32,806 nucleotides of DNA, from positions 1-32,806 of the forward strand of contig JBIKWF010000043.1 of NCBI GenBank assembly GCA_044356455.1, written 5' to 3'. Below, one piece after another: positions 7,802-17,548 of the stretch. A program made the position numbers and the translations under genes. Each line of letters starts with the position of its first letter. Within the stretch, counting starts at the first letter, position 1. The DNA comes from Bdellovibrionota bacterium (lineage in GTDB: Bacteria; Bdellovibrionota_C; UBA2361; JBGSMV01). The notes beneath the pieces are model-generated. The model was not told the origin of the DNA. It made no database searches and saw only the letters and a list, made by a program, of their open reading frames with translations.

Positions 7802-10800
7802 ATGAACAAAATGCTATGCCTGCTCATTTTTGCCGCCACCTTGAGCGCATGCTCAGCTGGGGGAGCTCTGCGGCATAATCAATCATCTGGGAACGAAGGG
7901 CGCCCAGGCGAAAAAGCAAAGCTTCTGCAAGAGAACGCCGAAAAAGCCAACCAATTGGTGCTTCCCTTTATCGCCAATAAGGGTCAATTCGATCCGGCGA
8001 TAAAGTTCTACGCGCAAACCTTTACCGGCAGAGTTCTCGTTACCAACAATGAAGTTATCTACGAGCTACCCAAGGCCGGCGCAGCAAGCGAATCAAGGTC
8101 GGGGATCGTGCTTAAGGAGGTTTTCTCCAGTCCCAATTCACCCAACATTCTTCCCAAGGCAGGAGAGAAGAGTGACACGGTGGTTAACTTTTTCCTTGGT
8201 GATAACAAAAGCAAATGGATCTCAGGAGCAGAGACATACAAATCAGTGGGTCTCGGCGACCCCTGGCGTGGAGTTAAACTTGAGCTCATCGCCCACGGGA
8301 ATACCGTAGAGAAGTTGTTCACTGTCGCTCCGAGAGAAGACCCTAGTGCCATTTTGATGTCATTTGAGGGGATGCATAATCTTTCAGTAGATCCCTCGAC
8401 TGACGCGTTAGTTGTGTCAACTGATTTAGGCGACGTTCGCTTCTCAAAGCCCATTGCGTATCAAATCCACGACGGAACACAGGTGGCTATTGATGTCGCC
8501 TATCGATTGCACGGAAATAGCTACGGATTTAGCCTCGGCGAATATGACCGTTCAAAAGAACTCATCATTGATCCCTTCCTCGCCTCTACCTACTACGGAG
8601 GAGCAGCTGCCAATTACCTCTTCAATATGGCTCAAGATTCAAGCCAAAACATCTATGTGATAGGGTACACCGCGGATGCTACCGCTCTTCCTCTGGGCGG
8701 CGGATACAACCACACCATAAGTGGGAGCAACGATATTCTGGTTGCGAGATTTCTTCCTGACTTTTCTGGTATTTTAAGCACAACGTTTATAGGTGGCAGC
8801 TCAAGCGACACGGGTGGTTCTGTCGCGATTGATGAAAGCGGCAACGTCTATATCTCAGGAACTTCAAGTAGTAGCAACTATCCGACAACCAGCGGAGCCT
8901 ATTGCGAATCCTTCACCGGGTCAGCAATTGTGGTGAGCAAGTTTAATTCAACTCTCTCTTCACTGCTTGCATCAACGTGCCTTGCAAGTAATGGCTCCGT
9001 AATGACGGAAGACATTATGCTTGATGGTAGCACTGACGTGGTAGTGATGGGCTCAACAAATGGCTCGAACTTCCCAACCACCACCGGAGCCTATGATGAA
9101 GTTGCCAATGGTGGTTGGGACGTCGTCATCGCAAAACTTAACTCCTCACTGACCACACTTTTAGCCTCAACTTATATTGGCGGATCGGCGAACGATTTCT
9201 CGACCGAGATAGCACGGGACAGCGCGGGGAATTATTATTTAATTGGATTCACGGCAAGCTCAGACTTCCCTGTGACAGGGAGCGGCTACGATGTAAGTTA
9301 CAATGGAGGGAACGATGGGTTCATTAGTAAATTCACTCCAACCTTATCCACACTCTCCCGCTCAACTTTCTTGGGAGGCAGCTCGAACGACGTCCCTATC
9401 TCAGTTTCAATAAACTCGGCTAATCAACCGTATGCGCTTCTCAATACCTCGAGTTCAGATTTCCCCACAACAACCGGGGCCTATGATGAATCCCATAACG
9501 GAGGCAGTGATGCTGCCATTGCAAGGCTCGATACAAATCTCAGCTCACTTCTTAGCGCAACGTTCATTGGATCAGCTAGCGACGAGACTCCCGCATCAAT
9601 TGCGCTTGATTACTCGGGAAATGTGTATATCGGGGGCCGAACAAACGGTTCTGGATACCCCACGACTGCCGGTGCCTATGATACCACCTTCAATACTGGC
9701 GATGGCGCGATAAGTAAATTTGATTCTGGCCTCACCACCTTGCTTGCATCGACTTTCTTTGGGGGAACCTTATCGGAAGATCCGGCGGCGATCATTCTTG
9801 ATAATCGGGGGCACTTCTACATCACCGGATACACCTTAAGCGCTGATTACCCTACTACTTCTGGGGTCTTTCTCGATTTTGATCTGAGCGCTGCCTTTAT
9901 CAATAACGGTTTTGTCACCAAGGGATACACCACACTTTCAACCACCCCTCCAACGCTCAACGTACTTAATGTAACATCAGCAACCACCAATGGAACTTAT
10001 TCGACAGGAAGCACCATTAGTATTCAAGTTGTCTTTGATCAAATTGTGACCGTAACAGGGACTCCTCAGCTTACCCTTGAGACGGGAGCGAGTGATGCGG
10101 TAGTCAATTACGATTCAGGGAGCGGAACAAACATACTTAACTTTACGTATACAGTTGCCTCCGGTCACGCTTCTTCTGACTTAGATTACGTTTCAACCTC
10201 TGCATTAGGGCTTAATGCGGGAACTATAAAGGATTCCGAGGGAGGGGATGCCATACTAACGCTCCCTAGTCCGGGGGCGGCGGGATCGCTCGGTAGCAAC
10301 AAGAGCTTGGTGCTTGATACGGTAACAACAGCCCCCATGCTTTCTTCTCCCGCTACAGGAGCAGTAGGCCGTCACGTAGTGATTACCTACTCACTGCCTG
10401 AAACCCCAAGCGCAGGAAGCGTGCGTGTATCGTTCATAAACGGAAGTAGCGCTGTGGTGGCGAATCTCACCTTGAATAACGCCACCAGCAATTCCTTTAC
10501 TGAGGATATAAAATCTATTGGAACTGATAACCCCAGCATTGTACTAAGCTCCACTGCCAGCTCAGTTCCTGATGGGGCCTACACGGTCACTCTCACCTAC
10601 CAAGACGCAGCAGGGAATGCTGCGGCCTCGACTTCTGTATCCGGCGTGACCATTGACACTTCAAGCCCGGCGGTAACTATTAGTAGCTCAGCAGCGAACC
10701 CAACCCGAACATCCCCAATTCCGGTCTCGTTTACTTTTTCAAAATCAGTAACCGGATTTGTGGTGGGAGACATCACGGTCACCAATGGTTCCGCGGGAAA

Positions 10801-13657
10801 TTTCTCTGGCTCCGGAACTACGTATTCGGCAGACATTACTCCCGCAACTGACGGCTTGGTGCTGGTCAACGTGGGCTCAAGCGTTGCAGAGGATGGGCTA
10901 GGCAATTCGAATAGCGCCGCAACACAGCTTTCAAGAACCTATGACACGACCACTGATTCTCCCATGCTCACTACTCCTCTTACAGGAACAGGAGGAGCAA
11001 CTTTCTTGGTGAGTTACACTCTGCCTGAAGCCCCACAGAGTGGCAGTGTTGAACTGAGCTTTATCAATGCTTCCAGCACGGTGGTTGCAACCGCAACACT
11101 CACGAACTCTACAAGCGCTTCCTTTAGCCTTGATCCTAAAAACATAAATCTCGCTTCAGGGGTTGTCTCTACCACCGCGAATTCAATTGCGGATGGTGTC
11201 TATTCGATACGACTGAGGTATCAAGATGCGCTTGGGAACCCGCTGGCAAGCACCACAGCTTCAAGCATCACCGTTGATACGGTTCTACCAACGGTAGTCA
11301 TTTCAACTTCAGCAAGTAGTCCTACCAATACCTCCCCGATACCACTGACCATAACATTCTCGGAGCCCGTAAGCGGCTTTGTTGTTGGGGATATCACCGT
11401 AAGCCAGGCAACCCTCAGCAACTTCTCGGGTTCAGGTGATACTTATGCGGTGAGCGCTACCCCTTCCGCAAGCGGGAGTGAGGTTGCTATTGATATCGCC
11501 TCTGGGACCGCACAAGACGCGGTTGGAAATTCAAATAATGCCGCCTCCCAGTTCTCAATTACCTATGATAACGAAACGCTCGCTCCTCTTTTCATCTCCC
11601 CAGAGTCAGGCACAAGCTCCAATCCATTGCCAATCGAATATACCCTTCAAGAATCGCCGCTGACCGGTTCCGTGCAGCTACAATTCGTTGATGCTTCGAG
11701 TTCAACGGTGGCAGTCGCAGTTTTGAGTAATACGACCAGCGCTACTTTTGACCTAAACCCCAAACAGATACACCTCTCTTCAGGCGTAGTATCTACTAAT
11801 GCAAATTCGGTTGCTGATGGTGTGTACTCATTGATTCTTCGCTACCAGGATGCGCTCGGCAACCCGCCCGCAACCGAAACCATAACAAACGTAACTGTAG
11901 ACTCAGTCAATCCATCGGTTGAGATCTCTAGTTCGACCAGTGATCCCACCTCGGTTTCCCCGATTCCAATTACTATCACCTTCTCAAAGCCTGTCTTCGA
12001 CTTTACCATCAACGATATAAGTTCGGCGAACACCAGGCTCGAAAATTTTTACGCCGAAGGAGAAGGGGCGAGTAGTGCTACCTTCACCGTTGATGCGATC
12101 CCTTCCGAAGCGGCGAGTACAATATCGATCGACATCGCAGCGGGCGTAGCGGTAGATGCCTCAAGCAACCCGAACACCGAAGCGGTTCAATTTACGAGAG
12201 CGATTGATGGAACCGCTCCTTCAGTCTCGATCTCAAGTTCGGCAACGAGCCCCACGGCACTTTCTCCGATTCCCATCAGGATAACTTTCTCAGAGTCCGT
12301 AGCTGGATTCGTGGTTGGTGATATCAGTGCTGACAATGCACAGGTTACGAATTTTGCAGGATCCGGCGGTTCCTATACCGCGGACGTAACCCCGACTGCC
12401 AATGGAATAGTCACCGTTACTATTGCAAGTTCAGTGGCCGAGGATCTGGCGGGTAACGCAAACAGCGCAGCAGCCCCATTTTCGATTCAGTATCTGCTTC
12501 AGCCTGGAGTTCCGACTATTAGGACGTCCCCAGGATTCAAGTCTCTTCCACTCTCCAAGGTGTTTGGGACGTCCCAGCCTAATACTCGGATCGAAGTTTT
12601 CAGCGGTTCCCTTTCAGTGGGAACAACAACTTCAGATGAGAGCGGGAATTGGAGCGTAACCCTCGACCCCGTCCTTGTAGGGGGAACGTTTTCTTTAACC
12701 GCAGCGGCTGGAGAGCAGGGTGCTCAAAGCGAGTCGTCGGCACCTGTCGTTTTCTTAATTCCAGCTATGCCCCATGATTTCGATAAAGACGGAGTCTCTG
12801 ATGTAGTCATGTTCTCCAGTAAGGAAAAGTCGGGAGTTTTAAAAGTCGTATCCTCTGGAGTATCGAAGGATTACAAGATCAAGAAACCCTTCATTGTTCC
12901 AGCTCTTGGAGACTATGATGGAGATGGCGCTGCTGATATCGCTGTTTTAAGTAAGGGCAAGAAGAATTTCGACTGGTTTTTTGTCAATCGAGAGAGCTCG
13001 GTCATAACCAAGGAGCAGTTTGGGACAATCACCTCGGTAATTCTTATTGGCTGCAATTTTGATAGCTCTTTAGAAACTGAGATGGCTAGTTTTGCAAGGA
13101 GCACTCTCTTCGTGAAACGTAAGGGAGGGCCCAAGTCTAAGTTTAAACTAAGCAAAATCTATTCTGATAAATCGCTCAGAGGCTGCGGGGATGTCGATGG
13201 TGATGGAGTTGCTGAGTTAATCTTTAATACTTCCAGGACGAGAAAGGTCGGCAAGAAGAAAGTAACCTCTCTGGATCTCGATATAGTGAAGATTACTGGA
13301 AGTCTCTATAAAACCATTTCGCAAACCGGGAAGTTTCATTTCGCATTCGTGGGTGATGTCGCGGGTGATGAAACAGCTGATATTTCCATCCAGAGTAACC
13401 CTTCGAAGCCTATATTTTCAGTTTACGAAGGTGATACGGACCAAATCATGGGGCAATTCGATGTGAAGGTCGCTTCGAGTTATTCCTTTGGCGTGAGTCA
13501 GGATGTCGATTCTCGTACATTCTTTTCTTCGGTTCACTACGGGAAATCGAAGAGTCTTGTTACCACTAAAATAATCAAGAATGGCGCGAGCAGTTCAAGT
13601 TCTCTGCGCGTCACCGGCAAGCTTGCAAATTCAAACTATTTACATGTAGCTGAGTAG
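7802..13657 (+). CDS. Large surface lipoprotein/adhesin: SBBP beta-propeller repeats, Ig-like repeats, C-terminal FG-GAP-like region
   Basis: Lipobox LSAC after MNKML (start 7802 preferred); FIANKGQ...ELIIDP N-domain; repeated S-T-F/Y-I/L-GGS...GNVYI.G...S..FPTT.GAYD; Ig-like DT..P.V.ISS...PIP..ITFSE.V.GF repeats; DFDKDGVSD/GDYDGDGAAD/GDVDGDG motifs. Confidence 0.9.
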   Translation: MNKMLCLLIFAATLSACSAGGALRHNQSSGNEGRPGEKAKLLQENAEKANQLVLPFIANKGQFDPAIKFYAQTFTGRVLVTNNEVIYELPKAGAASESRSGIVLKEVFSSPNSPNILPKAGEKSDTVVNFFLGDNKSKWISGAETYKSVGLGDPWRGVKLELIAHGNTVEKLFTVAPREDPSAILMSFEGMHNLSVDPSTDALVVSTDLGDVRFSKPIAYQIHDGTQVAIDVAYRLHGNSYGFSLGEYDRSKELIIDPFLASTYYGGAAANYLFNMAQDSSQNIYVIGYTADATALPLGGGYNHTISGSNDILVARFLPDFSGILSTTFIGGSSSDTGGSVAIDESGNVYISGTSSSSNYPTTSGAYCESFTGSAIVVSKFNSTLSSLLASTCLASNGSVMTEDIMLDGSTDVVVMGSTNGSNFPTTTGAYDEVANGGWDVVIAKLNSSLTTLLASTYIGGSANDFSTEIARDSAGNYYLIGFTASSDFPVTGSGYDVSYNGGNDGFISKFTPTLSTLSRSTFLGGSSNDVPISVSINSANQPYALLNTSSSDFPTTTGAYDESHNGGSDAAIARLDTNLSSLLSATFIGSASDETPASIALDYSGNVYIGGRTNGSGYPTTAGAYDTTFNTGDGAISKFDSGLTTLLASTFFGGTLSEDPAAIILDNRGHFYITGYTLSADYPTTSGVFLDFDLSAAFINNGFVTKGYTTLSTTPPTLNVLNVTSATTNGTYSTGSTISIQVVFDQIVTVTGTPQLTLETGASDAVVNYDSGSGTNILNFTYTVASGHASSDLDYVSTSALGLNAGTIKDSEGGDAILTLPSPGAAGSLGSNKSLVLDTVTTAPMLSSPATGAVGRHVVITYSLPETPSAGSVRVSFINGSSAVVANLTLNNATSNSFTEDIKSIGTDNPSIVLSSTASSVPDGAYTVTLTYQDAAGNAAASTSVSGVTIDTSSPAVTISSSAANPTRTSPIPVSFTFSKSVTGFVVGDITVTNGSAGNFSGSGTTYSADITPATDGLVLVNVGSSVAEDGLGNSNSAATQLSRTYDTTTDSPMLTTPLTGTGGATFLVSYTLPEAPQSGSVELSFINASSTVVATATLTNSTSASFSLDPKNINLASGVVSTTANSIADGVYSIRLRYQDALGNPLASTTASSITVDTVLPTVVISTSASSPTNTSPIPLTITFSEPVSGFVVGDITVSQATLSNFSGSGDTYAVSATPSASGSEVAIDIASGTAQDAVGNSNNAASQFSITYDNETLAPLFISPESGTSSNPLPIEYTLQESPLTGSVQLQFVDASSSTVAVAVLSNTTSATFDLNPKQIHLSSGVVSTNANSVADGVYSLILRYQDALGNPPATETITNVTVDSVNPSVEISSSTSDPTSVSPIPITITFSKPVFDFTINDISSANTRLENFYAEGEGASSATFTVDAIPSEAASTISIDIAAGVAVDASSNPNTEAVQFTRAIDGTAPSVSISSSATSPTALSPIPIRITFSESVAGFVVGDISADNAQVTNFAGSGGSYTADVTPTANGIVTVTIASSVAEDLAGNANSAAAPFSIQYLLQPGVPTIRTSPGFKSLPLSKVFGTSQPNTRIEVFSGSLSVGTTTSDESGNWSVTLDPVLVGGTFSLTAAAGEQGAQSESSAPVVFLIPAMPHDFDKDGVSDVVMFSSKEKSGVLKVVSSGVSKDYKIKKPFIVPALGDYDGDGAADIAVLSKGKKNFDWFFVNRESSVITKEQFGTITSVILIGCNFDSSLETEMASFARSTLFVKRKGGPKSKFKLSKIYSDKSLRGCGDVDGDGVAELIFNTSRTRKVGKKKVTSLDLDIVKITGSLYKTISQTGKFHFAFVGDVAGDETADISIQSNPSKPIFSVYEGDTDQIMGQFDVKVASSYSFGVSQDVDSRTFFSSVHYGKSKSLVTTKIIKNGASSSSSLRVTGKLANSNYLHVAE

Positions 13658-13746
13658 TTACTGCCCTTATAGTAGAAGAAAGTTTCTTCAGGTTCGGCCC
13701 ATCAGGCGCATTGCCGCGATGCGCATCTTGTTCAAGACTGTCTTCA

Positions 13747-14346
13747 ATGTCGAACCTTAGTGCCTCAAACGAACTGCGTGCCCTAGCGGACCTCTGCAAG
13801 CAGGACAACGTTACCTATTCTATGCTTGCGAGCTCTCTTGCAGGGCGGACGCATGCGTTTGTTGCTCTGATAGCAGCAATCCCTCTACTTACTCCCTTAC
13901 CATTGCCCGGACTTTCCCTAATCCTGGGAGTGTTTGTTACGTTGGTTGGACTTCGTGTTGCGGCTAACAAAATGCCCTGGATTCCGGCGCGCTGGGGTAG
14001 TCGACTTGCCCCGCGGCGGCAGCTTGAGCCTGTATTCTCCTTGGCTGCAAAGATTCTTGGTCGACTTGAAGGGGTGGTGAAAGAGCGGCGCTTTCTTCCT
14101 TTCTCTACGGTTCGTTTTGGCGGAATTCTTATCGCGCTTGCGGGGGTTATGTTGGCGCTTCCTTTTCCGCCAGGCGCAAACTTTCCTCCGGCGTGGTCGA
14201 CCGTGTTTCTGGCGCTTGGGGTTGTTGAGGAAGATGACCTTTGCTGGCTCGCCGGGTTCTTGGGGGTTGTCATTTCTGTTGGCTTTTTTGTTGCCGTGGG
14301 CGTGTTTGGTGGCGAAGGGATTCGGGCTTTGGTGGGGGTGTTTTGA
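13747..14346 (+). CDS. exoD: ExoD-family (exopolysaccharide synthesis) membrane protein
   Basis: PLPLPGLS.ILG, PWIP, LALPFPPGANFPPAW...LALGVVEEDDL motifs; ATG 13747 preferred over TTG 13711. Confidence 0.85.
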   Translation: MSNLSASNELRALADLCKQDNVTYSMLASSLAGRTHAFVALIAAIPLLTPLPLPGLSLILGVFVTLVGLRVAANKMPWIPARWGSRLAPRRQLEPVFSLAAKILGRLEGVVKERRFLPFSTVRFGGILIALAGVMLALPFPPGANFPPAWSTVFLALGVVEEDDLCWLAGFLGVVISVGFFVAVGVFGGEGIRALVGVF

Positions 14347-14392
14347 GAGTCTTGGGAGTTTTTGCTTTGGATAGGGGGCTTTCGGGCTGGCT

Positions 14393-14632
14393 CGCCATAA
14401 AGCTTGCTCGCTTCGCCATAAAGCTTGCTCGCTTCGCTCGACGGCGCGTGGGGGAGCTGGGGTGGTTTGGGCACGCCCGGCTCCGCTTCGCTGTGCCGCG
14501 GCGCCATAAAGCTTGCTCGCTTCGCTCGACGGCGCGTGGTGAAACAGAGGTGATTCAAGCACGCCCGGCTCCGCTTCGCTGTGCCGCGGCGCCATAAAGC
14601 TTGCTCGCTTCGCTCGACGGCGCTTTATGGCG
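14393..14632 (-). repeat. 88-90 bp hairpin repeat array A (2 units plus partial, with a 21-bp tandem duplication); not attached to a tRNA
   Basis: Same unit as arrays B-E; begins on the minus strand with ...GTTCGCCATAAAGCGCCGTCGAGCGAAGCGAGC. Confidence 0.95.
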
Positions 14633-14759
14633 AACGCCCACTCTTTCCCCTTGCCGAAATCAGGCTGCGCTAGGGTGACTACTAATTCCAGCCCCTTAGC
14701 GGCATAAAGGGGACCTCGGGTCCCACTCTTGGCTGCGGAGATTGGGTGTCCCAAAGAGA

Positions 14760-15317
14760 TTACCCTGCAAAGTCAAGTGAACTCAATCGAAACTTTTCTT
14801 TGCCTACGGTAACAAAACTGAGAAACTCGATGAATTCTTTTTTGGTCTCATCGAGTGATCTTATGCTGGGGTAGCGAAGGTCAATCAATCCTTCTCCAGA
14901 AAGTATAAGCAAGATCAATGAGTGCTGCGTTTTGTTTTCAATTGCTGCGACGCAATGCACGAGGGCCGCATTCTCAATGATCCCCCTTGTCAATTCCTTC
15001 ACCACACTACAGCTCAACCCTTTCTTGCTTGATAGTCTTGCAAGGACTGACTTTTTGTATTCAGGGAAGAAAGGCTTTGAGATGGCAAGCACTCGACTCA
15101 CCTCTTTAACCGTCCCGTAGGATATCATGAAGGGGACTGGCATTGGCTTCACCATGTTCACAGGTGAGTAAGCGAGCAGGGTGTCCTTTTTGTTGTGCTC
15201 AACCCTCCAAGTCTCGGGCAACCGCAGAATGAATTGGTTCGTAGAGACGGTTTCAGCCTGAATAGGAGAAACTAGAAGTAGTGTGAGGGAGAAAATGAGG
15301 CTGCAGATTTTGATCAT
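14760..15317 (-). CDS. Secreted hypothetical protein (185 aa) between repeat arrays A and B
   Basis: Signal peptide MIKICSLIFSLTLLLVSPIQA-ET; F.LRLPETW motif reminiscent of PsbP/DcrB-like folds. The track's upstream 41 aa are translated repeat. Confidence 0.7.
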   Translation of the reverse strand: MIKICSLIFSLTLLLVSPIQAETVSTNQFILRLPETWRVEHNKKDTLLAYSPVNMVKPMPVPFMISYGTVKEVSRVLAISKPFFPEYKKSVLARLSSKKGLSCSVVKELTRGIIENAALVHCVAAIENKTQHSLILLILSGEGLIDLRYPSIRSLDETKKEFIEFLSFVTVGKEKFRLSSLDFAG

Positions 15318-15336
15318 AGAGATTGCTTTCACCTTG

Positions 15337-15561
15337 GCTTCGCTCTGCCATAAAGCTTGCTCGCTTCGCTTGGCGGCGCGCGGGAGGGCTGGGGTGGTTT
15401 GGGGCACGCCCGGCTTCGCTTCGCTGTGCCGCGGCGCCATAAAGCTTGCTCGCTTCGCTCGGCTGCGCTTGGGGGAGTTGAGGTGGTTTGGGGCACGCCC
15501 GGCTCCGCTTCGCTGCGCCGCGGCGCCATAAAGCTTGCTCGCTTCGCTCGACGGCGCTTTA
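15337..15561 (-). repeat. Repeat array B, fused to the 3' end of tRNA-Ser(GGA)
   Basis: 2 units plus a partial unit, starting directly at the tRNA CGCCA. Confidence 0.95.
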
Positions 15562-15651
15562 TGGCGGAGAGAGAGGGATTCGAACCCTCGATAAGGTTTC
15601 CCCTATACACGCTTTCCAAGCGTGCGCCTTCAGCCGCTCGGCCATCTCTCC
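15562..15651 (-). tRNA. tRNA-Ser(GGA)
   Basis: GGAGAGA acceptor stem, CACGC-TTGGAAA-GCGTG anticodon arm, long variable arm, GGTTCGAATCC, GCCA end. Confidence 0.97.
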
Positions 15652-15813
15652 AAATCTATTTGCTTCCTGCGGAAGCAGATAGATTTTAAGGGAACATGCC
15701 GATAAAGCTACAAGGCAAAAATGAATACCCGGGGAGGGGTGTTCAAGTTTGTTGTCGCGGGCACTTTTGCAAGAATGCCGTTGGGGGATTCTTGTTTGAG
15801 TGTCCTTTTTTAT

Positions 15814-15998
15814 TTGCTCGCTTCGCTGCGAAGAGCTTGGGCGATTTCAGCACGCCCGGCTCCGCTTCGCTGCGCCATAAAGCTTGCTCGCTTCGCTCGG
15901 CTGCGCATGTGAAAGCGGAGGTGATGCGATCACGCCCGTCTTCGCTTCGCTACGCCGCGGCGCCATAACGCTTGTTCACTTCGTTCACTGGCGCGTTA
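15814..15998 (-). repeat. Repeat array C, fused to the 3' end of tRNA-Ser(GCT); most diverged copy
   Basis: First unit CGCCATAACGCGCCAGTGAACGAAGTGAACAAGCGTTATGGCG carries compensatory changes; second unit has an internal deletion. Confidence 0.93.
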
Positions 15999-16092
15999 TG
16001 GCGGAGAGAGGGGGATTCGAACCCCCGATACAGGTTTGATCCCGTATAGCGGTTTAGCAAACCGCCGCCTTCAGCCTCTCGGCCATCTCTCC
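15999..16092 (-). tRNA. tRNA-Ser(GCT)
   Basis: GCGGT-TTGCTAA-ACCGC anticodon arm, long variable arm, canonical T arm, GCCA end. Confidence 0.97.
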
Positions 16093-16254
16093 GCGTGAGC
16101 TACACCTTACGAACATCTCAAATGGGAGACCCATTAGGAGACGCCGCCGATACAAAACGTTTCGGTTTTATATAAGACGAACCTGATATTAAACCAACCT
16201 TGCCCAACTGCTAGTAAGTTAGGAAAGAAAAAAAACTTTTTCTTAAAGCAATAG

Positions 16255-16344
<90 letters not shown>

Positions 16345-16481
16345 GCAGCGAAATGCCCAAAAAGCATTTCGTTGGGGGGAGGTTATCGTAGGTATCCGAG
16401 ACAATGCAATAATTCAGACCCTAACGTTTTTGCCTTCAGGTCATTTATCTGATAGAAATCCACCGCTCAAAGTAAGAATGC

Positions 16482-16558
16482 GCGCCCTTAGCTCAGCTGG
16501 ATAGAGCATCTGACTACGAATCAGAAGGCCGGTGGTTCGAATCCTCCAGGGCGCGCCA
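16482..16558 (+). tRNA. tRNA-Arg(ACG)
   Basis: GCGCCCT/AGGGCGC acceptor stem, TCTGA-CTACGAA-TCAGA anticodon arm, GCCA end; one T.T mismatch in the T stem. Confidence 0.97.
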
Positions 16559-16938
16559 TTTCTTCCTAAAAACCCGTCATTTTCTTGTTGCGGGCTGCCT
16601 TTTGCCCCTGTTTTTGGTGCCTATCGTTGGATAGGTAGCCTGCTTGCTTGCTGGTTCCTCGATTTTCGGGGCCCCTTGCTAGCCAGGGTGCTGTCTGGTT
16701 TTGGAGCAGGCAGGGTTTTCTACCGCCATGGCGGCCTACGCTTGTCTAAGAATGGACAGGTATCACAGAACATTTGCGCCTTCCTTCTTGTGGTCGAGGC
16801 CGTGTGATTTAGGATTGGCTGGGCCATTACTTGTTGGGATTTCGGCGATTCTCAGTTTGAGACGGCGGAAATTTCAACGGAGGCGAGGCGATTTGGTGAG
16901 ATCGGGAAGGACAGGCAGATTTAGGCGATATTGGGGCA

Positions 16939-17502
16939 ATGGAACTTTTTAGCGAAGTATTAAGTGGCAATCTGCTCGAAGAGCTTATGGCGCTGGCTTT
17001 GGCCGAAGCGCGGCGAGCTGCTGAGGAGTTGGAAGTGCCCGTTGGCGCGGTGATATGGACCGATACTGCGTCTTCATCTTCGCCGGCATCCTCGCCCGCA
17101 TCCTTTCTGGGGGGCGCCTTAGACGCCCAGGGGGTCTCGCGAGGGCTAATTCTAGGCCGTGGTCATAACAAGGTAGAACAGCTCCAGCGGGCTACCGCAC
17201 ATGCCGAAATGCTTGCAATTCAAGAGGCGAGCGCAACGCTTGAAAATTGGCGCCTTACGAACTCGCTTCTCGTCTGTACGTTAGAGCCTTGTGTCATGTG
17301 CCTTGGGGCCTTACGGCTCGCCAGGATTCCAGCGGTCGTGTTTGGGGCAGGGGATTCTCGCTTCGGGGCTATGGGATCCGTTTATAATCTTGTTCTCGAT
17401 GATCGTACGGGTCCTGCACCAAAATTCCTTGCCGGGGTGCGTAAAAATGAGTGTTCAGACCTTCTTAAGAGCTTCTTTGCTGCGCGGCGAGTCGCTGCCT
17501 GA
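16939..17502 (+). CDS. tadA: tRNA-specific adenosine-34 deaminase
   Basis: EVPVGAV, TAHAEMLAI, NWRL, TLEPCVMC.GA..LARI..VVFGA.D...GA.GS, ECS.LL..FF..RR motifs; next to its substrate tRNA-Arg(ACG). Confidence 0.93.
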   Translation: MELFSEVLSGNLLEELMALALAEARRAAEELEVPVGAVIWTDTASSSSPASSPASFLGGALDAQGVSRGLILGRGHNKVEQLQRATAHAEMLAIQEASATLENWRLTNSLLVCTLEPCVMCLGALRLARIPAVVFGAGDSRFGAMGSVYNLVLDDRTGPAPKFLAGVRKNECSDLLKSFFAARRVAA

Positions 17503-17548
17503 CCCCTTTCATGAAGTCCCTAGGGCTTCGGAATGTTCCCTGCAACAA

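Noticed and set aside
13815..14754. Long minus-strand ORFs of 247 and 278 aa
   Set aside because: Translations of repeat array A plus the antisense of exoD (SEASKLYG repeats); no protein motif.
14628..14757. SRP RNA, tmRNA or tRNA-Sec
   Set aside because: No SRP helix-8 motif, no T-arm GTTCGA before the CCA and no TCA anticodon arm.
15283..15968. Several 60-110 aa ORFs on both strands
   Set aside because: They overlap tRNA-Ser(GGA) and arrays B/C and are translated repeats.
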